DNA of 64,000 nucleotides from a virus (Duplodnaviria; Heunggongvirae; Uroviricota; Caudoviricetes): IMG/VR virus record IMGVR_UViG_3300028585_000514; one strand, 5' to 3'. Shown piece by piece: positions 63,451 to 64,000 of this stretch (position 1 is its first letter; each line of letters starts with the position of its first letter). The notes under the pieces were generated by a model. It saw only the letters and a program-made list of their open reading frames with translations, ran no database searches and was not told where the DNA came from. The position numbers and the translations under genes were made by a program.

Positions 63451-63969
63451 ATGAAAAGTTTTGCGGATGTTCCACTGGAGTTTTACAAGGATTTTCCTGC
63501 TCCAGGCGTGAACTTCATCGACGTCGGTAGCGTATTCCAGGATTCGGATGCTTGGTACCTGGCTATGCAGGAGTTGAGTAACAAGTTGAAAGTAAAGAAT
63601 GTCGATTACGACTTCATCGTTGCGATGGATGCTCGTGGCTTCATGATCGCAGGTGGCTTGAGCATGTTCGATGCCGTCGGTTTTGCAATGGCTCGTAAGC
63701 CCGGCAAGATGCCAGGTGAAACCATCGCGATCGACTATGAGCGTGAGTATGGTTCTGCTCGCATCGAAATTCAACCAGAACGCGTCAAGGGCAATCGCAT
63801 CCTCATCGTTGATGATGTTCTTGCAACCGGTGGTACGATTGAAGCAGCGGCGTCCCTGGTGCGTCAGATGGGCAAAGAGGTGGTTGGAGCAGCATGTCTG
63901 TTCGACGTTGCCCACTTCAGAGATAAACGCAAACTTACCATACCAACCTATACGTTGAGAGACGTATAA
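63451..63969 (+). CDS. apt: adenine phosphoribosyltransferase
   Basis: ILIVDDVLATGGT PRPP motif. Apt length and conservation. A terminator follows. Confidence 0.85.
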   Translation: MKSFADVPLEFYKDFPAPGVNFIDVGSVFQDSDAWYLAMQELSNKLKVKNVDYDFIVAMDARGFMIAGGLSMFDAVGFAMARKPGKMPGETIAIDYEREYGSARIEIQPERVKGNRILIVDDVLATGGTIEAAASLVRQMGKEVVGAACLFDVAHFRDKRKLTIPTYTLRDV

Positions 63970-63971
63970 AA

Positions 63972-64000
63972 GAAAAGGCTCCCAATGGGAGCCTTTTTTA
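63972..64000 (+). terminator. Rho-independent terminator GGCTCCC-AAT-GGGAGCC followed by TTTTTT
   Basis: Downstream of apt. Belongs to the CCAATGG family. Confidence 0.7.

Noticed and set aside
1-64000. Interpretation of the window as ordinary bacterial chromosome.
   Set aside because: Several features favour a large phage genome:
- near-exclusive single-strand gene orientation with overlapping stop/start codons;
- 19 clustered tRNAs including multiple isoacceptors;
- a homing HNH gene;
- phage-style auxiliary metabolic genes (NAMPT/NMNAT, Cca, RNA ligase, AlkB, photolyase);
- a tail-fibre-like pair;
- repeated compact promoter and terminator cassettes.

The bacterial-looking genes sit in GC-distinct islands.

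Overview
This 64-kb window looks like a segment of a large (jumbo-type) bacteriophage genome. Most genes are densely packed on the minus strand, often with overlapping stop/start codons (TAATG, ATGA), and there are 19 readable tRNA genes plus four degenerate tRNA-like sequences. An AT-rich backbone (about 42-48% GC) is interrupted by GC-rich islands carrying host-like genes.

What I can support from the sequence:
- An NAD+ metabolism set: partial NAD kinase, thioredoxin, NAMPT, NadM-Nudix NMN adenylyltransferase, Nudix hydrolase, Sir2, NadE and APRT.
- The bacterial PrkA(YeaG)-YeaH-SpoVR stress trio as three contiguous genes.
- A tRNA maintenance set: CCA-adding enzyme, RNA ligase, 2H phosphoesterase and two PTH2-like peptidyl-tRNA hydrolases.
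- Host-envelope-like genes: bactofilin, PEP-CTERM protein, SPFH lipoprotein, an outer-membrane beta-barrel-like protein and a YqhA-family membrane protein.
- One free-standing HNH endonuclease on the plus strand.

The most unusual content is a three-fold repeated two-gene module: a PP-loop (SGGIDSQ) ATP pyrophosphatase followed by a catalytically intact S8 subtilisin-like peptidase that carries a cysteine-rich C-terminal tail. Two copies are tandem at 33.0-38.3 kb, next to a vWA/MIDAS protein and a small CxxC protein, and a third copy sits at 49.3-51.8 kb. I could not assign this arrangement to any system I know and propose it as the main candidate for an undescribed system.

Non-coding signals:
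- Eight copies of a sigma70-like promoter, TGTACA-N17-TATAAT, each with a conserved spacer and a conserved downstream box.
- An AAAAATAATA(T) motif just upstream of many true start codons, which pushed several auto-called ORF starts too far upstream.
- Two families of palindromic Rho-independent terminators, each present in three copies.
- Two duplicated ~300-bp modules of degenerate tRNA-like sequence.
- A ~300-bp noncoding element bounded by 17-bp inverted repeats.

All anticodon and domain calls were made by eye from the sequence and need confirmation with tRNAscan-SE or ARAGORN and with HMM searches.
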